From the sequence record SRR9188677_125: 64,000 bases of DNA. The stretch is one strand, 5' to 3'. This document shows positions 62,745 to 64,000 of the stretch, piece by piece. Numbering within the stretch: the stretch's first letter is position 1; every line of letters starts with the position of its first letter. The notes beneath the pieces were generated by a model. It was given only the letters and a program-made list of their open reading frames with translations, was not told where the DNA came from and did not search any database. A program made the position numbers and the translations under genes.

Positions 62745-63629
62745 TTAATTTTCAACGATTAGGATTTCAACTCTTCGATTGGCGGCGCGCTCTTTTTCAT
62801 CTTTTTCCGGTATCGGATAAATGGGTGCCGTGCTTCCAAAACCTTTATAGGATAGCCTCGCTTTGGAAATATCCCTCGAAACCAGAAAATTATAGATGGC
62901 TTTTGCCCTTTGCGTAGACAAATCAGTCCGGTCAACCGGCATACAGCATAAGTGCCCGTGGATTTCTATTTTTAAATTGGGGTTACTCTGAAGCACCAAA
63001 AGCAGCTCAAACAATTTTCCGCGCGATTCATTGACTACGGCAAAGGTATTGATGATGAAATTGAGGTTTTCGATTTTAAGTTTTTCCCCGGCTTTGGCAT
63101 GTTCAATCTGTTTCATGAAATTCCGGTCGAGCTTGAATTCCGAGGTAGTCCCGTTGGGGTTTTCGAATATCAATTTCTCTGGATATTCGACTTCTTTTTT
63201 AGGTTCTACCGCAGCTGGTTCTTTTTTGATCCCGAGGATCTCATTTTCGCGCGGAATGTCCTTTTCCAAAATATAATAGAGGGTAACCCTTCTATTTTCA
63301 GCCTTATTTTTAGACTGCTCAAAGGTTTCGCCAAAACTGATCGTCTTGAAATCGTCTCTGGTTTTGATTTGTGTTTTTACTAGGTTATAAATGAAATTAA
63401 CCCTTTTTTGCGCTAGCGTATCGTTGAAACTATTCGTTCCGTCTTCGTCGGTAAACCCGTGAATCGCTACTATTTTATTGTTTCTGTTTTCAGAAATCCA
63501 GGCATTCAGCTTGGCATTCTCTTTCGGGATCAGCTCGAATTTATTGCTGTCAAAATAGACTGTAAATTTTTGCTGGGCATGGGCCAGTAGCGAAAAGAAA
63601 GCGAAAAGAAAAACAAAATAGGATTTCAT
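62745..63629 (-). CDS. Periplasmic protein with two OmpA-like domains (paralog 1)
   Basis: Signal peptide ending HAQ; GFTD and GHLCC domains; start at MKSYF. Confidence 0.85.
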   Translation of the reverse strand: MKSYFVFLFAFFSLLAHAQQKFTVYFDSNKFELIPKENAKLNAWISENRNNKIVAIHGFTDEDGTNSFNDTLAQKRVNFIYNLVKTQIKTRDDFKTISFGETFEQSKNKAENRRVTLYYILEKDIPRENEILGIKKEPAAVEPKKEVEYPEKLIFENPNGTTSEFKLDRNFMKQIEHAKAGEKLKIENLNFIINTFAVVNESRGKLFELLLVLQSNPNLKIEIHGHLCCMPVDRTDLSTQRAKAIYNFLVSRDISKARLSYKGFGSTAPIYPIPEKDEKERAANRRVEILIVEN

Positions 63630-63766
63630 AAAATGCAAATTATACCGAAAGTTACAATAAAATACGGTTGGGGGTTCAAAAACGAACCGATTATCTAAAT
63701 AAAAAACGCAGAATTTGTAATAATATTGTGGAGAAAAATTTACATTTGGCACCTAAAAATTTAACC

Positions 63767-64000
63767 ATGAAACAATTATTACTAGTTCCTTTACTGGCTG
63801 TTGGCTTATCAGCTAATTCCCAGTCAGTGATACAATCTGTAAATTCAGGAAGCATAATTGGCGCAGGCGGTTCTGTTTCAGTTGGCGAGATTGTGGTTGT
63901 TGCGCAAAACCAATCGAGTTCCAGCTCGGGGATTATCGGGATTTTGGTGCAAACGCTGGAAGTTCCACAACTAGAACTTAGCGCAAAAATTACCGTTTTC
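63767..64000 (+). CDS. Secreted protein, truncated by the window end (possibly a small T9SS type A substrate)
   Basis: MKQLLLVPLLAVGLSANSQ signal peptide, SVGE motif, open to the end (...KITVF); TACATTTG at 63741-63748; absent from the ORF track. Confidence 0.6.
   Translation, partial: MKQLLLVPLLAVGLSANSQSVIQSVNSGSIIGAGGSVSVGEIVVVAQNQSSSSSGIIGILVQTLEVPQLELSAKITVF

Overview
Chromosomal window from a Bacteroidota bacterium, most likely Flavobacterium. This assignment rests on TAnnTTTG -7 promoter elements, AT-rich leaders without Shine-Dalgarno sites, T9SS type A and type B C-terminal domains, and SPI signal peptides ending in Q. About 61 protein genes are present. I saw no rRNA, tRNA, CRISPR array, IS element, integrase or phage gene. 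Housekeeping genes include gyrB, asnB, relA/spoT, fur, purA, aroE, rlmH, folP, tpiA, prmA, clpS and purM. They are interleaved with seven less ordinary blocks: (i) a giant TPR protein plus outer-membrane barrel pair divergent from an orphan ftsE-like ATPase; (ii) a mixed-orientation surface-glycan locus (four glycosyltransferases, FdtA-like isomerase, MaoC, Wzx, two acyltransferases, a 2OG-Fe(II) oxygenase); (iii) an uncharacterised RDD / SpoIIM / DUF4129 / DUF4350 / MoxR / DUF58 membrane AAA+ operon; (iv) an ~11.4 kb accessory block after purA holding a frameshifted hydrolase, an internally deleted GAF kinase relic, SemiSWEET, a GH13 amylase and a TPR-kinase/LytTR/T9SS-LRR operon; (v) a DUF1599-MauE/DoxX-TlpA cluster; (vi) three tandem periplasmic proteins, each with two OmpA-like domains, whose second domain carries GH[IL]CC instead of canonical GHTD; (vii) the start of a small secreted protein cut by the window end. 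All product calls come from motif recognition by eye; no database searches were run.
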